A stretch of DNA of 64,000 nt from Nitrospira sp. (GTDB lineage Bacteria > Nitrospirota > Nitrospiria > Nitrospirales > Nitrospiraceae): the NCBI GenBank assembly GCA_047150005.1, contig AP038806.1, forward strand, positions 2,976,001 through 3,040,000. The letters are read 5' to 3'. Positions 12,507-22,996 of the stretch are shown here, in pieces (positions within the stretch are counted from its first letter, which is position 1; every line of letters starts with the position of its first letter). The notes under the pieces are model-generated. The model saw only the letters and a list, made by a program, of their open reading frames with translations. It was not told the origin of the DNA and ran no database searches. Both the position numbers and the translations under genes were made by a program.

Positions 12507-12609
12507 CGCGGGTCCTGCCGCTGACCCAGCCCATTCGTCCTCGGTCCATGCATCCCCAGTGGGTCCCTTCCGCTGCGGGCAAATGGGCCCCGAGTCAGCT
12601 TCACCCGCG
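12507..12609. repeat. Structured intergenic repeat, copy 2 (after purQ)
   Basis: cgcgggt/acccgcg outer stem, gctgac..cccatt/aatggg..gtcagc stem, core ccccagtgggtcccttccgctgcgggc shared with the copy at 36573. Confidence 0.75.
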
Positions 12610-12628
12610 GTCTGTAATTGATAACTAG

Positions 12629-13806
12629 GGAAGGTCTGATTTATTCCTCTTCCGAGATATGCTAAGGATGGCGCCTCACTTCTGAGGAGGCACCCCCATG
12701 CCGCAACAGACCTTTGCCGAGGGCACGTTCGAACAGTATCGCAAACCCACCCGCCGCGAGCGGTTCCTCGACGAGATGGATCGCGTGGTGCCGTGGGCGG
12801 AGTTGGTGGCCGTGATCGAGCCGGTCTATCCCAAGGCCGAGGGCCCGGGGCGTCCACCGATCGGGATCGAACGCATGCTGCGCCTCCATTGTCTGCAACA
12901 ATGGTTCAACCTGTCGGACCCCGCCGTGGAGGAAGCGTTGTACGACTCGCGGGCCATGCGGCAGTTCGTGGGCATTGATCTGGGCCGTGAGCCCGTGCCC
13001 GACGAGACGACCATCTGCAAGTTTCGGCATCTCTTGGAGGCCCACGAGTTGGGGAAACAGCTCTTTGCGCGGATCGGCACGTATCTGGCGGCGCAGGGCT
13101 TGACCGTGAGCCGGGGCACCATCGTGGATGCCACCATTATCAGTGCCCCCAGTTCGACGAAGAATCGTACGAAGGAGCGGGATCCGGAGATGCATCAGAC
13201 AAAGAAGGGAAACCAGTGGTACTTCGGCATGAAGGCCCATATTGGCGTGGACAGCCGCACCAAGCTGATTCATTCGGTCGCGGCCACGGCGGCGAATATC
13301 CATGACAGTCAGGTGTTGCCCAAACTGCTGCATGGGCAGGAGACCCGGGTGTGGGGCGACTCAGCTTATAGCGGGCAACGTGACGTGATGCAGCGCCACG
13401 CCCCCAGGGCCAAGAGCTTCGTGCAGACGAAAGCCCATCGCCATCAGCCGCTGAGTGAACCGGAGCGGGCCAGGAACCGGACGAAGTCGAAGGTCCGTGC
13501 GAAGGTCGAACATGTGTTCTTGGTGATGAAGCGGATCTTCGGCTGGGCCAAAGTCCGGTACCGTGGGTTGGCGAAGAACACCCACTGGCTCCAGATCAGC
13601 TGCGGCTTGGCCAATCTGTACATGGTGCGGCGACGGCTTTTGGCGGAGACGTAGGGAACGGGGGTCCGGAGACTGGCAACGAGCCATCGGACGGTGGGTG
13701 CGCCCCATGAACAGGCTCCCGGACCAGCGGATGCCTACCGGATTCGTCCTGCTGATCAGCCCAGGAACAAATTTCTGAGTGGAAATGTGAATAAATCAGA
13801 CCTTCC
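12629..13806 (+). mobile_element. Complete IS5-family insertion sequence (1178 bp)
   Basis: Perfect 18-bp TIRs ggaaggtctgatttattc/gaataaatcagaccttcc; CTAG target duplication at 12625-12628 and 13807-13810. Confidence 0.97.
12698..13654 (+). CDS. IS5-family DDE transposase
   Basis: LQQWFNLSDPAVEEALYD, VPDETTI, IVDATII, WYFGMKAHIGVD, GDSAY, RAKVEHVF. Confidence 0.97.
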   Translation: MPQQTFAEGTFEQYRKPTRRERFLDEMDRVVPWAELVAVIEPVYPKAEGPGRPPIGIERMLRLHCLQQWFNLSDPAVEEALYDSRAMRQFVGIDLGREPVPDETTICKFRHLLEAHELGKQLFARIGTYLAAQGLTVSRGTIVDATIISAPSSTKNRTKERDPEMHQTKKGNQWYFGMKAHIGVDSRTKLIHSVAATAANIHDSQVLPKLLHGQETRVWGDSAYSGQRDVMQRHAPRAKSFVQTKAHRHQPLSEPERARNRTKSKVRAKVEHVFLVMKRIFGWAKVRYRGLAKNTHWLQISCGLANLYMVRRRLLAET

Positions 13807-13873
13807 CTAGCAAAGCGGCAGCAAGTCCGTATTTTGAAGAACATACCGTTGTCACTGCGACGTATAGGAATTC

Positions 13874-16123
13874 ATGAATAGCACGAGCGTTCCCATGACC
13901 AAAGAGCTCATCGCGCAGCACAATCTTACGGAGGACGAGTACAAGAAGATCATTGAGATTCTCGGACGCGAGCCGAATCTCACGGAATTGGGCATGTTTT
14001 CCGTGATGTGGTCGGAACATTGCTCTTACAAGAGCTCGCGCGTGCATTTGAAGAAGCTGCCGACCACGGGTCCCCGCGTCGTGCAAGGCCCAGGTGAAAA
14101 TGCCGGCGCCGTCGACATCGGCGACGGACTCTGCGTCGTGTTCAAGATGGAGTCGCACAACCACCCCTCGTTCATCGAACCGTATCAGGGAGCGGCGACC
14201 GGCGTAGGAGGGATCCTGCGCGACGTGTTCACGATGGGCGCCAGGCCTATCGCGCTGCTCGACTCACTGCGTTTCGGCGAGCTGACCTCGACCAAGAACC
14301 GTCATCTGATGAGAGGCGTGGTGGCCGGAATTGCCGGATACGGGAACTGCATGGGTGTGCCCACAGTCGGCGGCGAGGTGCGCTTCGACGACATCTACTC
14401 CATGAATCCGCTGGTCAACGTGTTTTGCCTCGGTGTAGCGCACAAGGACAAGATCTTCAGAGGGACGGCGGCGGGCGTTGGCAACCCGGTGATCTACTTC
14501 GGTTCGAAAACCGGCCGTGACGGTATTCACGGCGCTACGATGGCGTCCGATTCGTTCGACGATCAATCGGAGCAAAAGCGTCCCACCGTCCAGGTCGGGG
14601 ATCCGTTCCAGGAGAAGCTGCTGTTGGAAGCCTGCCTCGAGTTGATGGCGGAAGATCTGCTGGTGGGCATCCAGGACATGGGAGCGGCCGGTCTGACCAG
14701 TTCCTCGTGCGAGATGGCGTCGCGGGCCGGCAACGGGATCGAACTCGACCTGACGAACGTTCCCCGGCGGGAGCCGGGCATGACTCCCTATGAATTGATG
14801 CTCTCCGAATCTCAGGAACGCATGCTGATGGTGGCGAAAGCCGGCAAGGAAGAGGACTGCATCAGAATCTGCAAGAAATGGGACCTGGACGTTGCGGTGG
14901 TAGGACGGGTGACCGGCGACGGCATGCTACGGGTGAAGGATCAAGGACAGCTGGTGGCGGAGGTTCCCGCCAAGGCGCTGGCCGACGAGGGACCTCGCTA
15001 TGAACGACCCCATCAGCCGCCGGCCTACCAGGATATGCTGGCCAACCTGAACTACGATGCGGTGCCTGACGTGAAGGATGCGAACGCCGCGTTGCTGGCA
15101 TTGCTGGAATCGCCGACGATCGCCAGCAAGCGGTGGGTCTACGAGCAATACGATCACATGGTCCGCACCAACTCCGTCGTTCGTCCCGGCTCGGACGCCG
15201 CCGTGGTTCGGATAAAGGGGACCAACAAGGCCGTGGCGATGACCGTGGACTGCAACGGGCGCTATTGCCTGCTCCATCCTTATGAAGGAGCCAGGTTGGC
15301 GGTCGCGGAAGCGGCGCGAAATCTCGTCTGTGCGGGCGCGGAGCCGATCGGACTGACGGACTGCTTGAACTTCGGCAACCCCGAGCGGCCGGAAATCATG
15401 TGGCAGTTCGTGCTGGCGATCGAGGGCCTGAAGGACGCCTGCGAGTCCCTCCAGATCCCCATCGTGAGCGGCAACGTGAGTTTCTACAATGAGACGAACG
15501 GGCTCTCCATTTATCCGACGCCCATGCTGGGCATGGTGGGGTTGATCGAGGAGGCCGACTGCTCCATGACTCAGTGGTTCAAGCAGGAGGGCGACGACAT
15601 CCTCCTGCTTGGTTCGTCGAGGGACGATCTCGGCGGATCGGAGTATCTGAAGATCGTCCACTCTCGCGAGCAGGGCTCTCCGCCCTTTTTGAACATGGAG
15701 ACCGAACAACGGTTGCAGGATTGTGTCTTGAGCCTGATCCGTTCGGGCCTGGTGCAGTCGGCTCATGATTGTTCCGACGGCGGCCTGGCGGTCGCGCTGG
15801 CCGAGTCGTGTATCTCCACCGAAGACCGGAGACTTGGCGCTGTGGTAACATTACCGGTCGGGCGGTTGAGGCGCGATGCGGTGCTGTTCGGAGAAAGCCA
15901 GTCGAGAGTCGTGCTGTCGGCCAAGGTCGGAAATCGGGAGGCCGTTCTGGAGCAGGCGCGGCAGCGCGGCGTGCCGGCCGAAGTCATCGGGAGCGTCGGA
16001 GGCGCACGGGTTGTTGCCTACATGAGAGACGCCCATTCGACGACAAAGACGATCGATGTGGCGGTTTCCACGTTGTACGAATCGTGGGCGAACTCTTTGG
16101 AACGGACGTTGGCGCAGGAATAG
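13874..16123 (+). CDS. purL: FGAM synthase subunit PurL (small type)
   Basis: [38 protein letters not shown]. Confidence 0.98.
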   Translation: MNSTSVPMTKELIAQHNLTEDEYKKIIEILGREPNLTELGMFSVMWSEHCSYKSSRVHLKKLPTTGPRVVQGPGENAGAVDIGDGLCVVFKMESHNHPSFIEPYQGAATGVGGILRDVFTMGARPIALLDSLRFGELTSTKNRHLMRGVVAGIAGYGNCMGVPTVGGEVRFDDIYSMNPLVNVFCLGVAHKDKIFRGTAAGVGNPVIYFGSKTGRDGIHGATMASDSFDDQSEQKRPTVQVGDPFQEKLLLEACLELMAEDLLVGIQDMGAAGLTSSSCEMASRAGNGIELDLTNVPRREPGMTPYELMLSESQERMLMVAKAGKEEDCIRICKKWDLDVAVVGRVTGDGMLRVKDQGQLVAEVPAKALADEGPRYERPHQPPAYQDMLANLNYDAVPDVKDANAALLALLESPTIASKRWVYEQYDHMVRTNSVVRPGSDAAVVRIKGTNKAVAMTVDCNGRYCLLHPYEGARLAVAEAARNLVCAGAEPIGLTDCLNFGNPERPEIMWQFVLAIEGLKDACESLQIPIVSGNVSFYNETNGLSIYPTPMLGMVGLIEEADCSMTQWFKQEGDDILLLGSSRDDLGGSEYLKIVHSREQGSPPFLNMETEQRLQDCVLSLIRSGLVQSAHDCSDGGLAVALAESCISTEDRRLGAVVTLPVGRLRRDAVLFGESQSRVVLSAKVGNREAVLEQARQRGVPAEVIGSVGGARVVAYMRDAHSTTKTIDVAVSTLYESWANSLERTLAQE

Positions 16124-16150
16124 TCGAGATCCGAACCGACGGCATTCATC

Positions 16151-17581
16151 ATGATGAAAGAACTTCCATTGATCACTTCCGATAAATTCCACGACGAGTG
16201 CGCCGTGTTCGGCGTCTATGGCCATGAGGAAGCCGCCAATCTCACCTATCTCGGCCTCTATGCGCTCCAGCATCGCGGACAGGAAGCCTCCGGCATCGTC
16301 TCAGGGGACGGCGACCAGTTCTTCGTGCAAAAGGGGATGGGGCTGGTCGCCGACATCTACAATAAGTCGATCCTCGAAGCGTTGTCGGGACACATGGCCA
16401 TCGGACATAACCGGTATTCGACCGCCGGGGGACAAGATCTGAAGAACGTGCAACCGCTGATCGTGAACTTCGCGTTCGGAAATCTGGCGCTGGCACACAA
16501 TGGGAATTTGATCAACGCCCAAGTCCTGCGGCACGAACTGGAAGCCTACGGCGGGATTTTCCAATCGACCTCCGACAGCGAGGTCATCATCCATCTGATT
16601 GCCCATTCGCGGGCCAGCACCTTTCTCGCGCGCGTGATCGATGCCTTGAGCCAGATCCGCGGCGCCTTTTCCGTGGTGCTGATGACGGACAACGGTCTGA
16701 TCGCTGCGCGGGACCCGCACGGGTTGCGGCCGCTGTGCATCGGAAGGCTCAGAAGCAGCTGGATCGTGGCGTCGGAGACCTGCGCCTTCGACTTACTCGA
16801 TGCGGAATACGTCAGAGAAGTCGAGCCGGGCGAACTGGTGGTGCTCAATGATCAGGGCTTGGAGAGCCATCACCCCTTCACTCATGTGGATCCGGCCATG
16901 TGCGTCTTCGAGTACGTGTATTTTGCCAGGCCGGACAGCAGGATCTACGGCGCTAATGCGGTCTACGGCACCAGAAAGGCGCTGGGCCGGCAGCTGGCTC
17001 AGGAGTCCTGGGTGCCGGCCGACATCGTGATTCCGGTGCCGGATTCTGGCGTGCCGGCTGCCTTGGGATATGCCGAAGGCGGGGGTATCCGGTTTGAGAC
17101 AGGCCTGATCCGAAACCACTACGTCGGTCGGACATTCATCGAGCCGGAACAGTCCATCCGGCATTTCGGCGTGAAGGTGAAGCTGAATGCCGTGCCGGAA
17201 ATTCTGGCGGGCAAGCGCGTCGTGGTTGTCGATGATTCGCTCGTGCGGGGCACGACCAGCCGCAAGATTGTGAAAATGATCCGTCAGGCCGGCGCGAAGG
17301 AAGTCCACGTGCGGATCAGTTCCCCGCCGATCATTTCCCCCTGCTTTTACGGCATTGATACGCCGACCAAGAAGGAACTGATCGCCTCGAGCCACTCGAT
17401 CGAGGAAATCAGAAAATACATTACGGCCGATAGCCTCGCGTATCTGAGCTTGGAGGGCATGTTGAAGTCCGCTCCCGGTTCGCCCACCCAATACTGCAGC
17501 GCCTGCTTCACGGAGAAATATCCCATCTCGTTTACGCGGGCGGAAGAACTGCAGCTTGGCCTCTTCGAACCTTCTTCCTAG
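16151..17581 (+). CDS. purF: Amidophosphoribosyltransferase
   Basis: Propeptide then [25 protein letters not shown], Fe-S cysteines (CSAC). Confidence 0.98.
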   Translation: MMKELPLITSDKFHDECAVFGVYGHEEAANLTYLGLYALQHRGQEASGIVSGDGDQFFVQKGMGLVADIYNKSILEALSGHMAIGHNRYSTAGGQDLKNVQPLIVNFAFGNLALAHNGNLINAQVLRHELEAYGGIFQSTSDSEVIIHLIAHSRASTFLARVIDALSQIRGAFSVVLMTDNGLIAARDPHGLRPLCIGRLRSSWIVASETCAFDLLDAEYVREVEPGELVVLNDQGLESHHPFTHVDPAMCVFEYVYFARPDSRIYGANAVYGTRKALGRQLAQESWVPADIVIPVPDSGVPAALGYAEGGGIRFETGLIRNHYVGRTFIEPEQSIRHFGVKVKLNAVPEILAGKRVVVVDDSLVRGTTSRKIVKMIRQAGAKEVHVRISSPPIISPCFYGIDTPTKKELIASSHSIEEIRKYITADSLAYLSLEGMLKSAPGSPTQYCSACFTEKYPISFTRAEELQLGLFEPSS

Positions 17582-17659
17582 CCTTCGGTTGGTTCCCTTC
17601 TCTCGTTGGAATCGGGGAAAACTGGATTTCCCGCGCGGCCTTGCTACACTGAACCGGCC

Positions 17660-18133
17660 ATGCTCCGCTTGTGGGTGAAATACGCGATGATCGTGCGGAC
17701 CGGCCTGTTGGTCCTTCGGGTCCGCGTTCTGCTGATGACAAAAGATCTGCTCGAAGTCGTCGAGACGCTTAGCCCCGGCACTGTTGGAGAAAGACGAGAT
17801 GATTCAACGATGAATGATCACATCTACTATGTGGATCGATGGCTCCGCCTGTTCCCTTATAACAAGAAGGGGAATTGTTTCCCCAGGGCTCTGGCAGGCT
17901 ATTGGTTCGCCAGACGCTCCGGGTATCCGGTCCGTTTCCATTGTGGAGTCAGGAAAGAAGGCTCCAGATTGGACGGCCATGCCTGGCTCACCCTTGATGG
18001 AGAGCCGTTTCATGAAACAAGCCGGCAGTGGCGGGAGTACGTGGTGACGTTTTCCTATCCCTCCGATGCGCCTGTGGCCAACGGGCAGCGGCAAACGGCT
18101 CATGGCCGGGAAGCCCGCATCATGCCGTCATAG
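17660..18133 (+). CDS. Lasso-peptide B2-type (transglutaminase-like) leader peptidase
   Basis: Catalytic Cys in NCFPRAL, then CGVRK and DGHAWL; this is the C..GV..HAW pattern of lasso B2 proteins. Confidence 0.88.
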   Translation: MLRLWVKYAMIVRTGLLVLRVRVLLMTKDLLEVVETLSPGTVGERRDDSTMNDHIYYVDRWLRLFPYNKKGNCFPRALAGYWFARRSGYPVRFHCGVRKEGSRLDGHAWLTLDGEPFHETSRQWREYVVTFSYPSDAPVANGQRQTAHGREARIMPS

Positions 18134-18162
18134 TGTTTGACGGACGAGTCATTTCAACGTCG

Positions 18163-19974
18163 ATGAAAAAGTCTCTGGAACGACTCCAACCAGTCCTGCT
18201 GACCCTCCGCCAGGCTCTCTCCTTTGTGTGGCAGAGCAGCCCGGGGATGGCCCTCGCCAGCGTCGGCGTGCGTCTCCTACAAGGCATCCTCCCACTTGTC
18301 TTGCTGTACCTGACCAAACTGTTGATCGATGCCGTCACCGAAGGGTTTAAGGCTCCAGCGGTTGAGGCCTCACCGGCCACCGTTACGACGATCCTCATAG
18401 GACTGGCAGCAGTCGCGGTGGGGAGCGCGCTGCTCACGGTCGTAGCGTCGGTTGTCTCGCGAGTGCATGCGCAGGTGGTGACGGACTATATGCACGGCCT
18501 GCTGCAGAAAAAGTCGGTGGAAGTCGATCTCGAATATTATGAGAACCCTCGGTATCAGGATACGCTTCACCGCGCTCAACAGGAAGCTCCCTATCGCCCG
18601 ACCGCTGTCCTCAACGCATTGCTGCAATTAGTACAGGACGGCATCTCGCTTCTGGCCATGGCCGGTATTCTCTGGTGGTTGCACTGGGCGGTGATTCCGG
18701 TCCTGGTGCTGACCGCCCTGCCGTATTTTCTGGTGCGCCTGCAGCAATCCAACAGACTGTTTGCGTGGGAACGGGAGAGAACGCCTCTCGAGCGGAGAGC
18801 CTGGTATTTCAATTGGCTATTGACACAGGCGATGGCGGCGAAGGAAGTGCGGTTGTTCAATCTGGGACCTCGCCTGCGCCAAGGGTTCCAAGAGGCACGG
18901 TCGGTCCTGCGCAACGAACGCATCACCATGGAGCGGCGCTGGGCCATGGCGGGACTGGCGGCTCAACTCGTTGGAGTGGCCGGCGTATTCGGGGTCTACA
19001 CGGCCGTGGCGTTCCGGGCGTTTTATGGCATGCTGACCGTCGGGGATCTGGTGATGTACTTTCAAGCAGTGCAGCGGGCATCAGGTTTCCTGGAAGGGCT
19101 CGGATGGAGCCTCTCGAGTCTCTACGAAAACAATCTCTTTCTGACGACGCTCAACGAATTCCTGAGCGTACATTCTCATGTGCCGGAATCCGCCCATCCT
19201 CAGCCCTTTCCGACTACGATCCGTCAGGGGATTAGGTTCGACCACGTGTCTTTTCGATACCCCGAAGAAGGTCGAGTTGCGGTGAGGGAATTCACGTTTG
19301 CGATCGCCCCCGGGGAACATGTCGCATTTGTCGGGGCCAACGGCGCGGGAAAAACCACTCTGGTCAAGCTGCTCTGCCGCCTGTACGATCCGACCGAGGG
19401 CAGGATCACGATCGATGGAGTGGATCTTCGGGACTACCGGATTGCGGACGTGCGCGCCGCGATCAGCGGGATCTTTCAGGACTTCGTGAAGTATCAATTG
19501 TCTGCAGGAGACAACATTGCTCTGGGTACGCAAACGGGAAGTGCTCATCTGACTGCGATCACGGGAGCCGCAAAGCGGGCGGGAGTCCATGACGCCATTG
19601 AACGACTGCCGCGCAAATACGAGTCTCTCCTGGGGAAGCTGTTCGAAGGCGGACATGAACTCAGTATCGGCGAATGGCAGAAAGTAGCCCTGGCGCGGGC
19701 TGTGCTGCGCGATTCTCAGATTTTGATTCTTGATGAGCCCACCAGTTCCATGGATGCCAAGGCGGAATCCGAGCTGTTTGAGCGGTTTCATGAGCTGGCC
19801 CAGGGCCGCATGGCTGTTTTGATCAGCCATAGGCTCTCCACCGTGAAAATGGCGGATCGGATTTATGTTATTGACGACGGTCAGGTTGTCGAACAGGGAA
19901 CCCACGATACTCTCATGCGTCAGCACGGTCTTTACGCTACGTTGTTCCTCACCCAAGCTCAACACTACCAGTAA
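18163..19974 (+). CDS. ABC exporter (TMD+NBD), RiPP-associated type
   Basis: N-terminal TMs, AKEVRLF, GANGAGKTT, LSIGEWQKVALAR, ILDEPTS, ISHRLSTV; no C39 peptidase domain. Confidence 0.93.
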   Translation: MKKSLERLQPVLLTLRQALSFVWQSSPGMALASVGVRLLQGILPLVLLYLTKLLIDAVTEGFKAPAVEASPATVTTILIGLAAVAVGSALLTVVASVVSRVHAQVVTDYMHGLLQKKSVEVDLEYYENPRYQDTLHRAQQEAPYRPTAVLNALLQLVQDGISLLAMAGILWWLHWAVIPVLVLTALPYFLVRLQQSNRLFAWERERTPLERRAWYFNWLLTQAMAAKEVRLFNLGPRLRQGFQEARSVLRNERITMERRWAMAGLAAQLVGVAGVFGVYTAVAFRAFYGMLTVGDLVMYFQAVQRASGFLEGLGWSLSSLYENNLFLTTLNEFLSVHSHVPESAHPQPFPTTIRQGIRFDHVSFRYPEEGRVAVREFTFAIAPGEHVAFVGANGAGKTTLVKLLCRLYDPTEGRITIDGVDLRDYRIADVRAAISGIFQDFVKYQLSAGDNIALGTQTGSAHLTAITGAAKRAGVHDAIERLPRKYESLLGKLFEGGHELSIGEWQKVALARAVLRDSQILILDEPTSSMDAKAESELFERFHELAQGRMAVLISHRLSTVKMADRIYVIDDGQVVEQGTHDTLMRQHGLYATLFLTQAQHYQ

Positions 19975-20202
19975 CGCCGCGCTCCTTCACGCCCAGTCTG
20001 TTCCCCTGTGTCGCCTCGCGAGCGGTCATCTTTGTCCGCCGCACAGTGCTACTGACCAACCAAAGTAGGGCAATCTCCTGCTTCCAGGGAGCTAGGCATC
20101 GGCCTGGCGGTGACATATTCTCCTCGAAGACTTCGCGCATCTCCTACGACAGCAGGTTGTAAACGGACAGAAGCGATCGGAGCCAGAGAGGAGTCATTCG
20201 AG

Positions 20203-21195
20203 GTGATTCTGATCCTTGCCGACACTGCCGATCCCTGGTCCACGCTGTTGCACAGAGAATTGTTCGGCCGGGGCCAAGAGGTCTCCTGGATCCGCCCCGA
20301 GCAACTCCTTGATAGAATTCTGCTGAACTGGCCTGTGACATCCGGATCTCCGATTCCCAAGGGCAGGCTGGTGATCGATGGCGTACCGGTCGCGCTTGCC
20401 GATCTCACCGGGATGTTTATTCGATTCGCCCTCCCTCCACCGCTCGAGCTTGACGGGCTGTCGCTTCAAGATCGGGGCTATGTCGCCAAAGAGACGTCCG
20501 CGGCGTGGCTTGGGCTGTTGAACGCCATCCCCTGTTCCGTGGTCAATCGACCTGTTCCGGGTGGCCGGCCCACGCTGCTTGCCGGCAGTCCTTGCCTTTC
20601 CCGCCTGGCAACGGAATGCGGTTTCACCTTGCCGCCGTCACGCACCACTTCGAATCGGACGGACGCGATCATGCAATTTGCGGCCTGGAGCGAGCAAGTC
20701 TTCTTGAAGCCTCTCGCTTCCCAAGAACCCGGTATCACCCTGCAAGCGCAGGACGGTGTTGAGCAGATCTACAAGGCGATGGAGCGCCAGGCGGTGTCCC
20801 TTCAAGCCATTCCGCACGGACAACGGATGACGGTCTATGTCGTCGGCGAAAAAGCGGTGGCGACGATCGTCCAGGCCGACCAATCGCCAGGAGCGAACCC
20901 AAGCATGGCCTCGCTGGCGACTCGTCAATGTGTGGACCTTGTCCGGGCCCTGGGCCTGGCATTCGCCGAATGCCAGCTGGTCGTAACATCAGACCGCACG
21001 ATGTGCTGTCTCGATGTGAGCGGCGCACCGAGCTATTGGCGCTGCCCGCAAGCGGTTCAGCGACAACTCGTAGGTCGTCTGGCCGATCTCTTGTCCGAAC
21101 CGAGGAGTATCCCGATTCATGATTCTTTTGACGGGGCCGATGGCGGATCCTGTGCTGGCGAACGTGTGTGCCAGACTGGCAGTCCGGAACGCTGA
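20203..21195 (+). CDS. Degenerate ATP-grasp-fold protein (paralog of the downstream ligase)
   Basis: Collinear with MvdD-like ligases (VVNRP, GFTLPPSRTT, VFLKPL), but the catalytic D and ExN positions read AECQL and LDVSG. GTG start after GAGAGGAG. Confidence 0.65.
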   Translation: MILILADTADPWSTLLHRELFGRGQEVSWIRPEQLLDRILLNWPVTSGSPIPKGRLVIDGVPVALADLTGMFIRFALPPPLELDGLSLQDRGYVAKETSAAWLGLLNAIPCSVVNRPVPGGRPTLLAGSPCLSRLATECGFTLPPSRTTSNRTDAIMQFAAWSEQVFLKPLASQEPGITLQAQDGVEQIYKAMERQAVSLQAIPHGQRMTVYVVGEKAVATIVQADQSPGANPSMASLATRQCVDLVRALGLAFAECQLVVTSDRTMCCLDVSGAPSYWRCPQAVQRQLVGRLADLLSEPRSIPIHDSFDGADGGSCAGERVCQTGSPER

Positions 21196-22018
21196 CCTGA
21201 TGCTCGTCCATCCGGAATCGGATGGAGAAACCTGGAATCTCGCCTGGTCAACTGAACAGGGCCAGGTCGGCGATTGCCTTCGAGTGGGTCATCGGATTGT
21301 CCATTCGTCTGAAATCAGCGCGGTGTACCTCAGGGGATTTGGGACCCAGGGAGCGACGACTCTCCGGCACCGGTCGCTGTTGACGTCCATGTGGGAGTTT
21401 GTCGACAGCCTCCCGGGTCTGATTGTGAATCGAAGGCAGGCCTCGCACACGAATATGTCAAAGCCGTACCAGCAGCGACTGATCGCCGACCACGCATTCC
21501 TGGTTCCGAAGACGTTGGTGACCATGCTGCCGGAGGAAGCGCGCGCGTTCTACGAGGAGTGTCAGGGACGGGTGATTTACAAGTCTATCAGCGCGGATCG
21601 TTCGATTGTGAGGAGGCTGACACCTGGGGATTTCGGCCGCCTGGAGCAGATCCGATTCTGCCCGATCCAACTTCAAGAGATGGTGCCCGGGGTGGACCTC
21701 CGTATTCACACGGTTGGTGACCGGCTATTCGCCACCGAGATCCTGTCCGATGGGGCTGATTATCGTTACGTTGAACGCGAGAGCGGACAGCGGTCGATGC
21801 GGGCCGTTGAATTGGACCCTGCGCTGCACGGCCGCTGTCTCGAACTGGCCAAGGCCCTCGGATTGACCCTCAGCGGCATTGATCTGCGGCGGACGCCCGG
21901 CGGAGCCTATTACTGTTTCGAAGTCAACACAAGCCCGGGGTTCCCGTTCTTCGAAAATCAGACAGGCCAGCGCATCGGAGATGCCGTGGCCGATCTGCTT
22001 TGTGCAGGGAGGGCATAG
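21119..22018 (+). CDS. ATP-grasp ligase, MvdD/MvdC/RimK-like (graspetide-synthetase-like)
   Basis: NMSKPYQ, VPKTLVT, VIYKSIS, CPIQLQEMVPGVDLRIHTVG, DYR, GIDLRRT, YYCFEVNTSPGF. Confidence 0.9.
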   Translation: MILLTGPMADPVLANVCARLAVRNADLMLVHPESDGETWNLAWSTEQGQVGDCLRVGHRIVHSSEISAVYLRGFGTQGATTLRHRSLLTSMWEFVDSLPGLIVNRRQASHTNMSKPYQQRLIADHAFLVPKTLVTMLPEEARAFYEECQGRVIYKSISADRSIVRRLTPGDFGRLEQIRFCPIQLQEMVPGVDLRIHTVGDRLFATEILSDGADYRYVERESGQRSMRAVELDPALHGRCLELAKALGLTLSGIDLRRTPGGAYYCFEVNTSPGFPFFENQTGQRIGDAVADLLCAGRA

Positions 22019-22059
22019 CCGTGGGATGCGCACGAGGAGGAAAAGGAGGAACTGCCACG

Positions 22060-22518
22060 ATGAGCCGAGAACCGTTCATTACGACAGACTTGAGGCCGGA
22101 CCTAACCGTTCAGGCTGCTGCGATGCAGCCGTTGCACGACGGAGGCGCCACAACGGAGCAACTCGCCGACGCTGCTCGCGCCATTCTATCGGGAGAGGAG
22201 TGCTTGCAGGTCGAACGAGGGAATCAGAAGAGACATCGGCAGTTGCTGCAATCCGTGCCGCGCACAAACCCTAATGTCCAGGGATCGACGCTGGATGGAG
22301 AAACGGTCCTGCTCGACTTGAAGACCGGTCGCTACTACACGCTCAACCGTGTTGGAACAGCTGTCTGGGAGCATTGCATAGGTCGTCAGTCGCTCCTGGA
22401 GATTCATGAAGCGCTCTGCGCCAGATTTGATGCGTCGTCGGAGCGTATTGCCGACGACCTCCTGGCTCTCGTGACCCACCTGTGTCATGAGGGACTCCTG
22501 ACACTGGAAGGGGGGTGA
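22060..22518 (+). CDS. PqqD-family RiPP recognition element (lasso B1-like)
   Basis: LDGETVLLDLKTGRYYTLNRVGTAVWE...LCARFD...IADDLLALVTHLCHEGLL; AGGAGA RBS. Confidence 0.92.
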   Translation: MSREPFITTDLRPDLTVQAAAMQPLHDGGATTEQLADAARAILSGEECLQVERGNQKRHRQLLQSVPRTNPNVQGSTLDGETVLLDLKTGRYYTLNRVGTAVWEHCIGRQSLLEIHEALCARFDASSERIADDLLALVTHLCHEGLLTLEGG

Positions 22519-22524
22519 GAACGA

Positions 22525-22659
22525 ATGGAGTTGCGGAAGAAGGAATCCTATACGGAGCCTGTGTTGACGACGCACGAACTGCTGCGCGACATCACCGGGA
22601 TAAAGTATCGGGAAAAGACAAGCGACAAGCTGAACGACAAGGTTGGGGTCGAATCCTAG
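22525..22659 (+). CDS. RiPP precursor peptide A1 (44 aa)
   Basis: MELRKKESYTEPVLTTHELLRDITGIKYREKTSDKLNDKVGVES; GGGGGTGA RBS; not in the ORF track. Confidence 0.9.
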   Translation: MELRKKESYTEPVLTTHELLRDITGIKYREKTSDKLNDKVGVES

Positions 22660-22695
22660 GCTCTCTCCTTGTAAACGGCTTGTTCTCACTCTGGT

Positions 22696-22721
22696 CTGGC
22701 CGATCCCATCGGATCGGCCAG
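22696..22721 (+). other. Hairpin between precursors A1 and A2
   Basis: 11-bp perfect stem ctggccgatcc-catc-ggatcggccag, no U tail. Confidence 0.6.
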
Positions 22722-22749
22722 CCCCATGATCTAGAGGGGGTGATCAAGA

Positions 22750-22872
22750 ATGGAGCTCCAGAAAAAGGAATCCTATACGGAACCTGTGTTGACGACGCAC
22801 GATTTGCTGCGCGATATCACTGGGCAGAAGTATCGGGAAAAGACAAGCGACAAGGTCAGCGACGAGCCGTAG
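22750..22872 (+). CDS. RiPP precursor peptide A2 (40 aa)
   Basis: MELQKKESYTEPVLTTHDLLRDITGQKYREKTSDKVSDEP; GAGGGGGTGA RBS; several synonymous differences from A1. Confidence 0.9.
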   Translation: MELQKKESYTEPVLTTHDLLRDITGQKYREKTSDKVSDEP

Positions 22873-22996
22873 CAGGAAGGTTTAGTCGGTCTCTTGTTGG
22901 AGGCTGACCCTCCGTCTGTGGGCTGGTCGTTCTCCGGACAGACTGGCCCATAGTAACGGACGGTCGGATCTCGAAACTTAACGGGATGAGGGATGC

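Noticed and set aside
20093..20109. Sigma-54 promoter before the ATP-grasp genes (GG-N10-GC)
   Set aside because: Weak match (AGGCAT...TGGC versus TGGCAC...TTGC) that is expected by chance.
22515..22907. 130-aa ORF with an internal repeat in the ORF track
   Set aside because: It is an off-frame shadow of precursors A1 and A2. The alternative frame has RBSs, the YxxPxL leader and a third homolog at 24126.
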